The notes: a model not told the origin generated them from the letters alone. A stretch of 12,734 bases of DNA from an uncultured Gemmatimonadales bacterium (GCA_963793305.1 CAWBZV010000025.1:1-12734); one strand, 5' to 3'. Shown: positions 1-8,370, numbered from the stretch's first letter. Translations and numbers: made by a program.

Positions 1-2
1 GC

Positions 3-1100
3 TGCTCCACCGGGACCGAGGACGTCCGCACGGCGAATGCAATCGCGCAAATGGTCGAACAGCTTCGGCAAAGGGCCGATTTCGTTGCGCTTGATGCTAT
101 CACCGCTGGCCGGCGAACTCTGACGGCAATGTGGTCTGACTACTGTCAGGACGCACGGCTCGAAGGGTTCAAAGCGACACTCAATGACTTCGATCTACAG
201 CCCCACGTCAGCCGCTGGCATGCCTCGCTCGTGGCTCGGCGCATTGGATCCGCCGATGAGTATCTGGCCCTGCTACGACGCTTCATCCCTGCTGCCGAGC
301 CGTTTCCCCGATCGCGATTCACCAAGGTTGAGATTCGGGATTTCTTGAATGCGCTAACAAAGACGCCTCGTGCGAAAAAGCCGGACAAGCACGCGCCCCC
401 GGTGCCTGTGTCCGGTGCTACGCGCAATCGCTATCACAACGCCATCCGCGTGTTTGCGCGCTGGCTGCTTGAGGAAAATGACGACGTGCTCGAATACAAC
501 CCCGCGTCCGTTGTTCGCAAGGCGAAGGAGATCACAGGCCATGTGATTTACTCCCCTGGCGAAGTCAAGCAACTCGTGGAGTCGCTGACCGGGGAGGTGC
601 GCGCGCTGTCGGCACTGATGGCTGGCACGGGGATGGAGTGGCAAGCCATCGAACGCGTGACTCGCCGAGACGTGGATTCAGTGGAGAAGACCGTTCATGC
701 GCACGGCTCGAAGAACGAGTGGCGGAACCGTACGTGTGCCGTGACAGAGGACTGGTGTTGGCGCATTGTGGACGCCTGGGCGCGTACGCTCGCGCCAGAG
801 GATCATCTCTTTAGGATCGGCCACAAGGTCGCGCTTGAAGCACACCATGCGGCGTGTGAGGCGCTTAGTCTGCCGAAGACGACGCTCCACGGTCACCGCC
901 ATCACTACGCGGTGATGCTCCGTCGCCGTGGCGTGTCCGACGTCGTGATCGCGTCGCAACTCGGGCATCACGACACGCAGCTCGTGGCCCGTCGCTACGG
1001 TCGATATAAGCCTGGGGTTGCCGAGGTGACGCGCGCTGCGGGCGGGCTCGATAAGAGAGGAGGAGCTAAGACGAACGTGCGTAGGTTCGCACAGAAATAG
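3..1100 (+). CDS. Tyrosine recombinase / phage-type integrase, 5' end outside the window; atypical catalytic motif I (Glu instead of Arg)
   Basis: The frame is open from base 3 (CSTGTEDVRTANAIAQ-MVEQ...), and STGTxD...A resembles integrase N-terminal regions, so the true start is probably upstream. Core-binding-like 'VSGATRNRYHNAIRVFARW...NPA'. Catalytic-domain motifs: GTGMEWQAI (box I), GSKN, LHGHRH (HxxR, 888-899), QLGH, RRY (Tyr at 996-998). Adjacent to a tRNA 3' end. Confidence 0.93.
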   Translation, partial: CSTGTEDVRTANAIAQMVEQLRQRADFVALDAITAGRRTLTAMWSDYCQDARLEGFKATLNDFDLQPHVSRWHASLVARRIGSADEYLALLRRFIPAAEPFPRSRFTKVEIRDFLNALTKTPRAKKPDKHAPPVPVSGATRNRYHNAIRVFARWLLEENDDVLEYNPASVVRKAKEITGHVIYSPGEVKQLVESLTGEVRALSALMAGTGMEWQAIERVTRRDVDSVEKTVHAHGSKNEWRNRTCAVTEDWCWRIVDAWARTLAPEDHLFRIGHKVALEAHHAACEALSLPKTTLHGHRHHYAVMLRRRGVSDVVIASQLGHHDTQLVARRYGRYKPGVAEVTRAAGGLDKRGGAKTNVRRFAQK

Positions 1101-1118
1101 CACACGCAGTGACACACG

Positions 1119-1150
1119 AAACGCCGGGCTACTCGCGTGGTCCGGCGTTT
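1119..1150. terminator. Probable bidirectional intrinsic terminator between the convergent integrase and tRNA
   Basis: AAACGCCGGGCTAC-TCGC-GTGGTCCGGCGTTT forms a 14-bp stem (two G-U pairs) with a 4-nt loop, and has A/T runs at both ends. Confidence 0.7.
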
Positions 1151-1186
1151 GTCGTTGCAACTAGCATGTTATCAGAGGCTTACGAG

Positions 1187-1260
1187 TGCCCCCGGGGTGA
1201 CTCGAACACCCGGCCAACGGTTTAGGAAACCGCTGCTCTATCCACCTGAGCTACGGGGGC
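1187..1260 (-). tRNA. tRNA-Arg, anticodon CCT; CCA not encoded
   Basis: The reverse complement folds fully: acceptor GCCCCCG/CGGGGGC+A, D arm GCTC-AGGTGGATA-GAGC, anticodon arm GCGGT-TTCCTAA-ACCGT, T arm GGGTG-TTCGAGT-CACCC; 74 nt. Confidence 0.97.
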
Positions 1261-1345
1261 GAAAGGCGAAAGTTAATGATTCGTCGCGGCTTACGCAGCA
1301 TATGCGTCCGAGCGGTGGTGTCGACTTGTCGCAAAAGTTGTTGCA

Positions 1346-1592
1346 TCAATGCTTGTTCTGCGCGAGGGCATGAGCCTGCGCTTTGATCCGCTCGATGTCC
1401 TTACGAGGCGCTTTGTATACGCGCCCGACCGTGTCGGTCGCTCCTCGGTTAGTCTGCTGCTTCGCTGATCGCATCCGGCGCGACGTAATCGAACCCATCG
1501 ACGCGGACGCGCACCTTCGCGACGTGACCATAGGTCTTCTCGATCTGATCAGTCAACCTCCTCAGATCGACCAAGAAGTTGTGGTCACGCAT
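1346..1592 (-). CDS. Possible small hypothetical protein split by a frameshift near 1455
   Basis: MRDHNFLVDLRRLTDQIEKTYGHVAKVRVRVDGFDYVAPDAISEAA (stop at 1449) could continue in the adjacent frame as TNRGATDTVGRVYKAPRKDIERIKAQAHALAQNKH (stop at 1346). No family recognised. Confidence 0.25.
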
Positions 1593-1659
1593 GACGTTCC
1601 AATCGTCTTTCGTGCAAGACGCCGTAGATTGCGAGGAAGGCGAACTACGAGGATACGCC

Positions 1660-1745
1660 ATGGCGACCGCGCCGATTATGCCGACACCCGATGCCCCGAT
1701 CGCCGAGGTCTTGGATCTGTCGGGGTGTACAAGGAGGTGCTGTGA
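1660..1745 (+). pseudogene. Possible gene remnant with Uma2-like N- and C-termini and the middle missing
   Basis: SD-like GAGGA at 1649-1653, then ATG 1660 MATAPIMP... Adding one G in the GGGG run near 1722-1725 gives ...IAEVLDLSGVYKEVL*, whose stop overlaps the next GTG start (GTGA). The Uma2 resemblance is from memory only. Confidence 0.2.
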
Positions 1746-1951
1746 CCGACGCATCGGCTGAATCGTTCGTTCGCGTCCGCGCTGCTATGGCCGCGTTCCG
1801 GGTGCAGGAGACACCTGCGATCGCCACGGCGCGAGCATACGGCATTGATATCGAACTCCTCAAGGAATCGATGCTCCGGACACCACTCGAACGCGTGCAG
1901 CGGAACGATGAAATTCTCGCCACGTTAGCCAAGATGCGTCGCTCGCGGTGA
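1742..1951 (+). CDS. Small hypothetical protein (69 aa) resembling the small partner genes found upstream of minimal nucleotidyltransferases
   Basis: Strong SD AAGGAGG at 1731-1737 before GTG 1742. Contains the motif AYGIDIELLKESMLRTPLERVQRNDE (GxDxxLLxExxxxTPxER pattern). Confidence 0.65.
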   Translation: MTDASAESFVRVRAAMAAFRVQETPAIATARAYGIDIELLKESMLRTPLERVQRNDEILATLAKMRRSR

Positions 1952-1970
1952 CGCGTGACCACCGTTGGAA

Positions 1971-2474
1971 TCATTCCTTATCGAAGACCGCCGTCTCGTC
2001 GTAGTCGCCAGCTGGTGCCGTGAGGTGCGTATGGCCAGTTGATGTCGTGACGTGCGTCCGATAGCTGTAGCTCTTCCCATCGGGCGCCATGATAATCGCG
2101 ACCGCGACCGTTGTCCCCTGGGGGTACGTGAACGTCGCGGTATAGTGATGACTCGACCGACGGTGCCAAACGCTCTGGGCGGTCTCCTTCCCATCGGACA
2201 TGACAGGGTACGGCTTTCCGTCGGCGGCCCCGTCGAAACTCACGTTGAACGATGAGCCGTCCCCGGCAGTGCTGGAGATGGTGTACTTCACAGCATGGGC
2301 CGACCAGCCAGGAGCTGGAATGACTACCACTTCCGACTTCGGGACGGTTGGAACCAGAACCGAGCTGGCAATATTTAGCGTCCATGTGCCAGCCCAGTTC
2401 GAGTCCGGCATCTGCGCCGCGGCGAGCGAACTGGGCAACAACAACACTGCGAACAGCCCGACCTTCATTTGCAT
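1971..2474 (-). CDS. Secreted hypothetical protein, probable lipocalin-like beta-barrel
   Basis: SD GGGAG upstream. Signal peptide MQMKVGLFAVLLLPSSLAAA-Q. 'WAGTWTLN' (GxW start motif) and 'DGKPYPV'; beta-strand-rich; ends 'ETAVFDKE'. Confidence 0.8.
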   Translation of the reverse strand: MQMKVGLFAVLLLPSSLAAAQMPDSNWAGTWTLNIASSVLVPTVPKSEVVVIPAPGWSAHAVKYTISSTAGDGSSFNVSFDGAADGKPYPVMSDGKETAQSVWHRRSSHHYTATFTYPQGTTVAVAIIMAPDGKSYSYRTHVTTSTGHTHLTAPAGDYDETAVFDKE

Positions 2475-2555
2475 CGTTACTCCCTTGCCAATGGGTACGT
2501 CGGGTGTTCATGTGCCCCACTCAGTTCGTTGGGCAACCGCACCGGACTTTGACAA

Positions 2556-3281
2556 TCACTGGGCGCAGTCGCGCATGCCGGTCGTGTTGTCGTTGTAGCA
2601 GAGGCGACGCAGGGCGTATTGGTTGTCCCCGATGCGTGGGAGTTGTGCGTCGAAGGTGATGGTGAGGCGCGTGCCGCCGCGGAAGAAGGAGAAGTGTCCG
2701 CGCGCCTCACAGCCGCCGTCACCGCAGTTCATGTTGTCGATGTGCGCGCTGCCCGGTTGATATTGATCCATCGCCCAGCCCGCTGACCATTGGATGAATT
2801 TGTCGTTGATGCGGGCTTCCGTGTCCGACTGATTCGGGCCTGACTGGTCCGACGGGCCCGGCTGCGTCGAGGCGCCGTCGCCGTCGTAGACGAGCCCCAC
2901 ACCACGACACCGGTCGATCGTCTCGCGAAGGTACTGCTGGTCGTGCACCATCTTCTTCAGTTCCAGCGTATCGGCGGGGCCGGTCGTCGACACGATCAAT
3001 CCGAGCTGCTCGGCCGTGCGGCGAGCGAAGAGGTAGGATTTCTCGGAGCCGAGGAGGCGATAGTGCGCCAGGCGCTGGTCGCCGGCATTTTTCGCGACGA
3101 TCTCCTCCACTTCATTCGCGGCGTTGCAGACCATCGCGAGGCGATAGCCTTCCAGCGTTTGAGTGGGGAGCAGCGAGTTCACATTGAAGAACTCGCGCTC
3201 GGAATCGTTGGCGACATCTTGAGCCCGCGCGACGCCGGCGTGTACGCACAACGAGAGCAATACGATGGCGGGTATTCTCAC
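2556..3281 (-). CDS. Secreted hypothetical protein (241 aa), two domains joined by a Q/G/P/S linker
   Basis: Signal peptide MRIPAIVLLSLCVHAGVARA-Q. Helical N-domain with two Cys, linker STQPGPSDQSGPNQS, and a C-terminal beta-rich domain with four Cys. Confidence 0.75.
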   Translation of the reverse strand: MRIPAIVLLSLCVHAGVARAQDVANDSEREFFNVNSLLPTQTLEGYRLAMVCNAANEVEEIVAKNAGDQRLAHYRLLGSEKSYLFARRTAEQLGLIVSTTGPADTLELKKMVHDQQYLRETIDRCRGVGLVYDGDGASTQPGPSDQSGPNQSDTEARINDKFIQWSAGWAMDQYQPGSAHIDNMNCGDGGCEARGHFSFFRGGTRLTITFDAQLPRIGDNQYALRRLCYNDNTTGMRDCAQ

Positions 3282-3336
3282 GCGCTCAAGCTAGCCGTTC
3301 GGGCTCAACTGGACCGGCGGAACACTTGGGTCAGCG

Positions 3337-3708
3337 TCAGCGCGTCTCGGCAGTCATCACTTTCTGAGCAATCTTCCAGGCTCCGTCGACTCGTAGACAT
3401 GACAACAGGTCAGTGAAGTAACGGGGCGGCATTTGCAATGTCAGCTTTACCAGTGCGAGCTCTCGTACCACGTCTATTGAGAGGATCTCATCGTGGCGCT
3501 CCAAGCCCAGTTGTCTGGGCGCCTTCATGTTCCGGACCGCCGCCAGCCACATCTCAATCGGCGTCACGCTCACCTTGCCGTCCTCGCCAACTCGTGTCAC
3601 GGCGCTCGAGTGATGAAATATGGACGCGAACCGGTCCGCATCCATTTCGTAGGCAGCGTCGCAATAGACCTGCGCCAGTGTGAGCAAAGCACGGTAATCG
3701 GTTTCCAT
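3337..3708 (-). CDS. NTF2-like superfamily protein (putative lumazine-binding / SnoaL-like type)
   Basis: METDYRALLTLAQVYCDAAYEMDADRFASIFH...EILSIDVVRELALVKL...RYFTDLLSCLRVDGAWKIAQKV follows the Y..a....D...l..iFH / ftD.l.l.k.dG.WkI..K pattern. Start placed at ATG 3708. Confidence 0.88.
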   Translation of the reverse strand: METDYRALLTLAQVYCDAAYEMDADRFASIFHHSSAVTRVGEDGKVSVTPIEMWLAAVRNMKAPRQLGLERHDEILSIDVVRELALVKLTLQMPPRYFTDLLSCLRVDGAWKIAQKVMTAETR

Positions 3709-3789
3709 AGCACTCGACCCCCTGTCATATTCCAATGCATCATTGGAGTTGAATCCAACAATACCGGCCCGTTTCGGTAGAGCGATAGA

Positions 3790-3819
3790 ACAATCCTCAG
3801 GGATGCTTGTACAATCCTC
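3790..3819. promoter_or_regulatory. Direct-repeat operator, probable binding site of the adjacent AraC regulator
   Basis: ACAATCCTC at 3790-3798 and 3811-3819 (21-bp period, the typical AraC-family half-site spacing), upstream of the divergent NTF2-like gene. Confidence 0.65.
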
Positions 3820-4744
3820 CAAGACCGATCAGGGGACCCGGCGTGCGCGCGCGGACCGGGAGGAGCTCGCCGAGCGGATCGCGCGGGCATTGCCCAGGGA
3901 CGGCGCGAACGAGCCGCAGCCGGGCCTGCAGTTGCACCGGCAATCGACCGTTGGTGTGCGCGCGTACGCCTTTGCGAGACCGGCGTTCTCGATCATCGCG
4001 CAGGGCAGCAAAGAGGTCATGCTCGGCGCGACGCGCTTTCAATGCAATCCCGCGCACTATCTCATCACGACGATGGCGTTGCCGCTGGCCAGCCATGTTG
4101 TGACCGCGTCGCCGGCGCGGCCGTATCTCAGCTGCAAGCTCTCGCTCGATCCGGCGGTGGTGACCTCAGTCCTGGTGGAGTCCGGATTCGTCTCGCCTGG
4201 CAGGGGCGACACACGGCTCGCCGTCGACGTGAGCCCGATCGATGCGAGCCTGCTCGATGCAAGCCTGCGGCTCGTACGGCTCATCGAGCATCCGCGCGAG
4301 TACCGTGCGTTGGCTCCGCTCGTCACTCGAGAAATCGTCTATCGGCTGGTGATGGGAGCGCAGGGGCACCGGATGCGGCACTTCGTGTCGGGCGACAGGT
4401 CCGCGCATCCCATGGCGCGAGCGGTGGAGGTGATCCGCGAGAATTTGGCCAAGCCGCTCCGCATCGAGGCCATGGCCCGGACGCTGGGCATGAGCGTCTC
4501 GGGCTTTCACGCGCGCTTCAAGGCGGTGACCGCCATGAGTCCGCTGCAATTTCAGAAGCGCCTGCGGCTCGAGGAGGCTCGGCGACTACTGTTAAGCGAG
4601 GACGCCGACGCGGCGGAAGCGGGATATAGGGTCGGGTATGCCGACCCGTCCCACTTCAGTCGCGAGTACAAACGACACTTCGGGGATCCGCCGTTGCGGG
4701 ACGTCGAGCGCCTGCGCGCGGCAGTTCGCCGCCGCATCAGGTGA
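3803..4744 (+). CDS. AraC-family transcriptional regulator, YqhC-like (AraC N-terminal domain plus double HTH)
   Basis: IIAQGSKEVMLG, PARPYLSCKLSLD, APLVTREIVYRL, GMSVSGFHARFKAVTAMSPLQFQKRLRLEEARRLL, VGYADPSHFSREYKRHFGDPPLRD. Start uncertain: ATG 3803 chosen; the ORF is open from 3743. Confidence 0.95.
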   Translation: MLVQSSKTDQGTRRARADREELAERIARALPRDGANEPQPGLQLHRQSTVGVRAYAFARPAFSIIAQGSKEVMLGATRFQCNPAHYLITTMALPLASHVVTASPARPYLSCKLSLDPAVVTSVLVESGFVSPGRGDTRLAVDVSPIDASLLDASLRLVRLIEHPREYRALAPLVTREIVYRLVMGAQGHRMRHFVSGDRSAHPMARAVEVIRENLAKPLRIEAMARTLGMSVSGFHARFKAVTAMSPLQFQKRLRLEEARRLLLSEDADAAEAGYRVGYADPSHFSREYKRHFGDPPLRDVERLRAAVRRRIR

Positions 4745-4788
4745 GCGTCCGCATGGCCGGCGCTGTGATTGTCGTTCCGCGTGCCGCG

Positions 4789-7177
4789 TCAGCGCGGGTG
4801 GCGAACAGGCTTCGTCGGCGCGACGCGGGCCCCGTTTAAGAGCAGGCTTGGCGCCTGGGGATCGAAGACGAGCCAGAGCGGAGGTATCCTGAGCTTGACG
4901 GTGAGGGCGGGCGTTGGCGTGCCGGAACGTCGTCAGTTGGATCGGAGTGTAAGCAGACAGCGTACTGTCGTTCGCACTACCGACCCACAGATTGTCGCTG
5001 GCATCGAACGCTAAGGCCTGGGGATAGACGGGAGGGGTCGTGAAAATCGAATCCGCCGCACTCGGCGCGCCGCCCGCGGCGAGTTGGCTCTGCGTGTACA
5101 TGTTGATCTGACCCGATCCGACGGCGACCCATAGATTCCAGTTCGCGTCGAACGCGATGGCTTGAATGTCTCCGGCGTTCGTCAGCGTCACCGTGATCGC
5201 CGGCCCGCCGCCAGAGGCGAGTTGCGTCGGGGTGAATCCCCACAAGTAACAGTCGTTCCCGGTCGGGTCGTCCGCATTCGCGACCCAGAGCGTCCCGTCC
5301 GGGCCGAACGCCATGCCACCCCTCGCATCGAAATTGGTGGCGATTTGCTTCGCGAAATTCTGGGATCCGCCCGCGGCGAGTTGCGCGGCCGTGAGCTCAC
5401 CGATCCCATTAAAGCCCTGCGTCCACAAGTTGCCCGCGGCATCGAACGTCGGGGAGAAATAGCCGTACGGAATGGCGATGCTGCTGTGCGAAGACGAGAG
5501 GCCACCCGAAGCGAGGGCCGTGGGGGTAAACCCGGCGACTAGCGAGAGGCCGGTCAGCCAGATCGTACCGTTTCGATCGACCGCCGCGCCGAACTCGGTG
5601 ATGACCGAACCGGTCGCCACAGGAGTCGGCGTGCCGCCAGCCAATAATTGGGCGTTCGAGTACGCCGCCCAATCGAAGGTCGAGCCATCTTCCGAGCCGA
5701 TCCACAGGTCACCCGTCCCTCCTCGCACACCGTAGGAGACGGTGAGCCCACTCGTCGTACCGCCCGTCACCTGCGCCGGACTTCCGGTGACTGCTCCGTC
5801 GTACACCGTTCCGACGATTGCGCCGGGCACCTCGTACGACGTCGCGGTCGCGGCGTACGCGCCCGGCACGAGTCCCGTCAGCGTCGTCGTCTGCTTCACG
5901 GTCTGTGTGTAGCCACCTGGACCCGTCACGGTGGCGGATCCGAGATTCGCCGGCGTGATCGTCACGGTCAACGAGCCAAGCTGCTGGCACGGCGCCACCA
6001 CATTCGTCGTCGCTGTCCCGTTGTACGCGAGGCCGGTGTAGGGGACCGCGCTCGGCGCGCTGCACTGCAATGGGAGCCCGCCCGTGAGCGCAACGGAGCC
6101 CGAACCCGCCGGCACGTGGCCCACCGTGAACGCGCCGCCACTCGTCGTCGTCACCGCCGGCAAAGCGGCGCCACCGGTCGGCGTCACCACGACCTGCACG
6201 CCCGCGAGCCCACCGGTCTGGCTGCTCGTCACCGTCCCACTCACCGTGCCGGTCGCCACCACGCACTGCACGCTGATGTTCGTCGTCACCGTGACGCCAG
6301 CCGTCAGTCCGGTGTAGCTCGCCGCACTCGGTGCGGCGCAGTACCCGGGCACACCACTCACCGTCACCGCGCCGGCTCCCGTCCCGACCGGCACACCAGT
6401 CACCGTGTACACTCCCGCCGCCGTCGTCGTCACGGCTGGCAGGGCAGTGCCCCCGCTTGGCGTCACCATGACCTGCACGCCAGCGAGCCCTCCACCCAAG
6501 CTGCTCGTAACAGTGCCCGTCACCGCGCCCGCGGCCGGTACGCACGTCACGGTGAACCCAACCGTTACGGTGTCCCCATACGCCAGCCCGCTATAGCTCG
6601 CCGTGCTCGGCGCGGTGCAGTTGGCCGGCAGGTTTGTCAGCGTGACCGTGCCGGTCGTGTCGGCGGGGACATTGGAGACTGCGTACGTGCCGTCGGAACC
6701 CGTGAGCGCGGCGCCGAGCGCGCTGCCGGTGTGCGGGGTCACGATGACACCGACTCCAGCGAGCCCGCCGCCAAGACTGCTCGTCACGGTCCCGCGCACG
6801 GTGCCGACGAGCGCCGAGCACACGACCGTCATGTCGACGGTCAGCGTGTCGCCGCTTGTCAGGCCGGTGTAGCTCGTCGGCGACGGGGTCGTGCAGTTCG
6901 CCGGCAGCGCCGAGAGCGTGACCGTTCCATTGTCGGTCGTCACCGGCACGCTCGTCGCCACAAATCCGCCCGCGCTCGTCGTGACTACAGCCGCGAGCGG
7001 AGCACCGCTAGCAGGCGTTACGACGACATGGACGCCGGCGAGCGAGCCGCCAAGGCCACTCGTGACGGTGCCGACGACGGTGCCCGTCGGCGCGGGCCCG
7101 GTGCTCGTCGCGGACGAGTGATGACTGCTGCACGACGCGAGAATGGCGAGTACGGCGCACTGCGCGGCTCGTCGCAA
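4789..7177 (-). CDS. Large lipoprotein: four Ig-like (carboxypeptidase-regulatory-like) repeats, one further beta-sandwich and an NHL-like beta-propeller; +1 frameshift near 4926
   Basis: Lipobox LASC (Cys at 7130-7132) after a TTG start at 7177 with GAGG upstream (alternative GTG at 7258). Repeats GTVxGTVTSxxGGxLAGV. Blades 'AFDxxxNLWV...YTxxQLAAGGxP'. Removing one base at 4926-4927 restores QLTTSGTPTPALTVKLRIPPLWLVFDP...HPR* ending at 4789 and removes the overlap with araC. Confidence 0.85.
5987..7084 (-). repeat. Four tandem coding repeats, periods 279/276/279 nt
   Basis: The anchor C(T/C)(G/A)CTCGT recurs at 6222, 6501, 6777 and 7056. Each 92-93-aa unit has two conserved Cys (LPANC/VPGYC/LPLQC and a terminal C). 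Confidence 0.9.
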
Positions 7178-7323
7178 CGATGGGCCTCGTGGCTGAGATT
7201 GGTTGGCGACGAACCTAATACGGATCCTCGGCCACGCCAGGGTTAGGTCGACACGCACCGGTACGACAGGGCGTGTCTCGCGAACCTCGTAAGTGATCGG
7301 ACATCAACCGTGAGCCGATCCAT

Positions 7324-7352
7324 GGCGTGCCGTCGCAAATTAGTGGCACGCC
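7324..7352 (-). terminator. GC-rich hairpin just downstream of the HNH-like gene; possible terminator
   Basis: GGCGTGCC(7324-7331)/GGCACGCC(7345-7352) perfect 8-bp inverted repeat; no clear U tract. Confidence 0.35.
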
Positions 7353-7358
7353 TGAGAG

Positions 7359-8231
7359 TCAGCTGTCGCTTCCGTATTCGGCATCGCCCACAATCCGAAC
7401 CGCGATACCGCGTCGACGTGGAATTTCCCTCGCGACGAGGTTCCACCCCCGCCAGTTGTAGACCGTTTGAGGCATCGTCACGCGCGACATCGTTGGCCAG
7501 ATAAGGGATAGGTCGTACTGCTGAGCGAATTGTTCGCCAAAGGCTTGACGGCTGTCGCCCACGTTGTCGGGTGCGCTCATCGTCAGGGTGAACAATTGCC
7601 CAATAACAAACCCTGTGGTCTGGCGACAGACATCCTTATTGACGGAAGGATGCAGTGGCAAATCCTGGTGCTCTTTCCATCCAACGTGGTTCATGACACC
7701 CGACTGGGTGCCCGAATATCGGCCAATCCACACCGACCATGTCGCCGGCGCCTGCAGGCTTACTAGGAACCCGCGCCGTGCTTCCTTCGACGTTGCGGCC
7801 GTGGGAGGATCGGCGGCCTCCCGGATCATGGTGTTCATCGCAGCCCAAGCAGCCAGGACGTGCTGGCCTTCCACATCGAGGTCGGGCCAAACTCCGACAA
7901 CCAGGGGCAGGAGGTACCGCTTGGCTCGCTCCTGAAGAGCGCCCAGGCGAACGTTGTTGCACCACGCGCAAAGGATTCGCAGAGTTTGCGAGTGGGGGTC
8001 TCCCGCACGCTCGAGCCTTCCTTGGCTGAATCGATACGGTTCCATCGCGCCTTTCGACACGTCGAGAGTACGAATGCTGACCGAATGGCCGGTGCGCGTG
8101 AATCGCCGTCCGAGGTACGGCTGCAGCCACCGTGGGTTGATGTGCTCCTTGGTTAGCTTGCCGCCGATCCAGCAGAAGAGGCACTGCTTGCGGCTCCTTG
8201 CTGCTGCCGACCGCGAACCAGAACGCATCAA
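7359..8231 (-). CDS. Zn-finger / HNH-endonuclease-like protein with an uncharacterised C-terminal domain
   Basis: CLFC...LTKEHINPRWL...LRILCAWCNN gives CxxC...EH..P.W...CxxCNN, the treble-clef His-Me finger pattern. Start TTG 8231 or ATG 8228. Confidence 0.75.
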   Translation of the reverse strand: MMRSGSRSAAARSRKQCLFCWIGGKLTKEHINPRWLQPYLGRRFTRTGHSVSIRTLDVSKGAMEPYRFSQGRLERAGDPHSQTLRILCAWCNNVRLGALQERAKRYLLPLVVGVWPDLDVEGQHVLAAWAAMNTMIREAADPPTAATSKEARRGFLVSLQAPATWSVWIGRYSGTQSGVMNHVGWKEHQDLPLHPSVNKDVCRQTTGFVIGQLFTLTMSAPDNVGDSRQAFGEQFAQQYDLSLIWPTMSRVTMPQTVYNWRGWNLVAREIPRRRGIAVRIVGDAEYGSDS

Positions 8232-8370
8232 CTCAACTCTCGATAGACTATTGGATCAAGCTAACGCGCTCTCGCGTCGCATTGCTGCACGGTGTCGTGT
8301 GTCATCGCGCTGCGTCGTCAGCGGCGCGATAACGGTACTCAATGTGGCGTTGGTTTTGAGGCGGAGGACG

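Larger units (their letters stand above)
1..1260. mobile_element. Right boundary of a tRNA-targeted integrative element (prophage or genomic island) extending left of the window
   Basis: The integrase ends 86 bp from the 3' end of tRNA-Arg, the usual arrangement for tRNA-integrated elements. The second att copy is not in the window. Confidence 0.7.

Noticed and set aside
3709..3822. Longer overlapping N-termini for the NTF2-like gene (3822) and araC (3743)
   Set aside because: They would overlap head-to-head across the promoter and operator; family similarity starts later in both.
4592..4788. ORF-track extension of the 888-aa protein overlapping the araC 3' end
   Set aside because: Artefact of the +1 frameshift near 4926; the corrected gene stops at 4789.
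5987..7084. Periodic sequence considered as a CRISPR or non-coding repeat array
   Set aside because: The period is 276-279 nt, in frame and degenerate at synonymous positions, so these are protein domain repeats. No cas genes are present.
5648..7246. 532-aa plus-strand ORF and other long Arg-rich ORFs (e.g. 5709-6545, 9913-10635, 4042-4629)
   Set aside because: Shadow or alternate frames of real high-GC genes; Arg/Gly/His-rich with no motifs.
7213..7248. ACCTAAT...GTTAGGT inverted repeat resembling attC ends
   Set aside because: Only about 36 bp, too short for an attC, and the left core is AAT rather than AAC.
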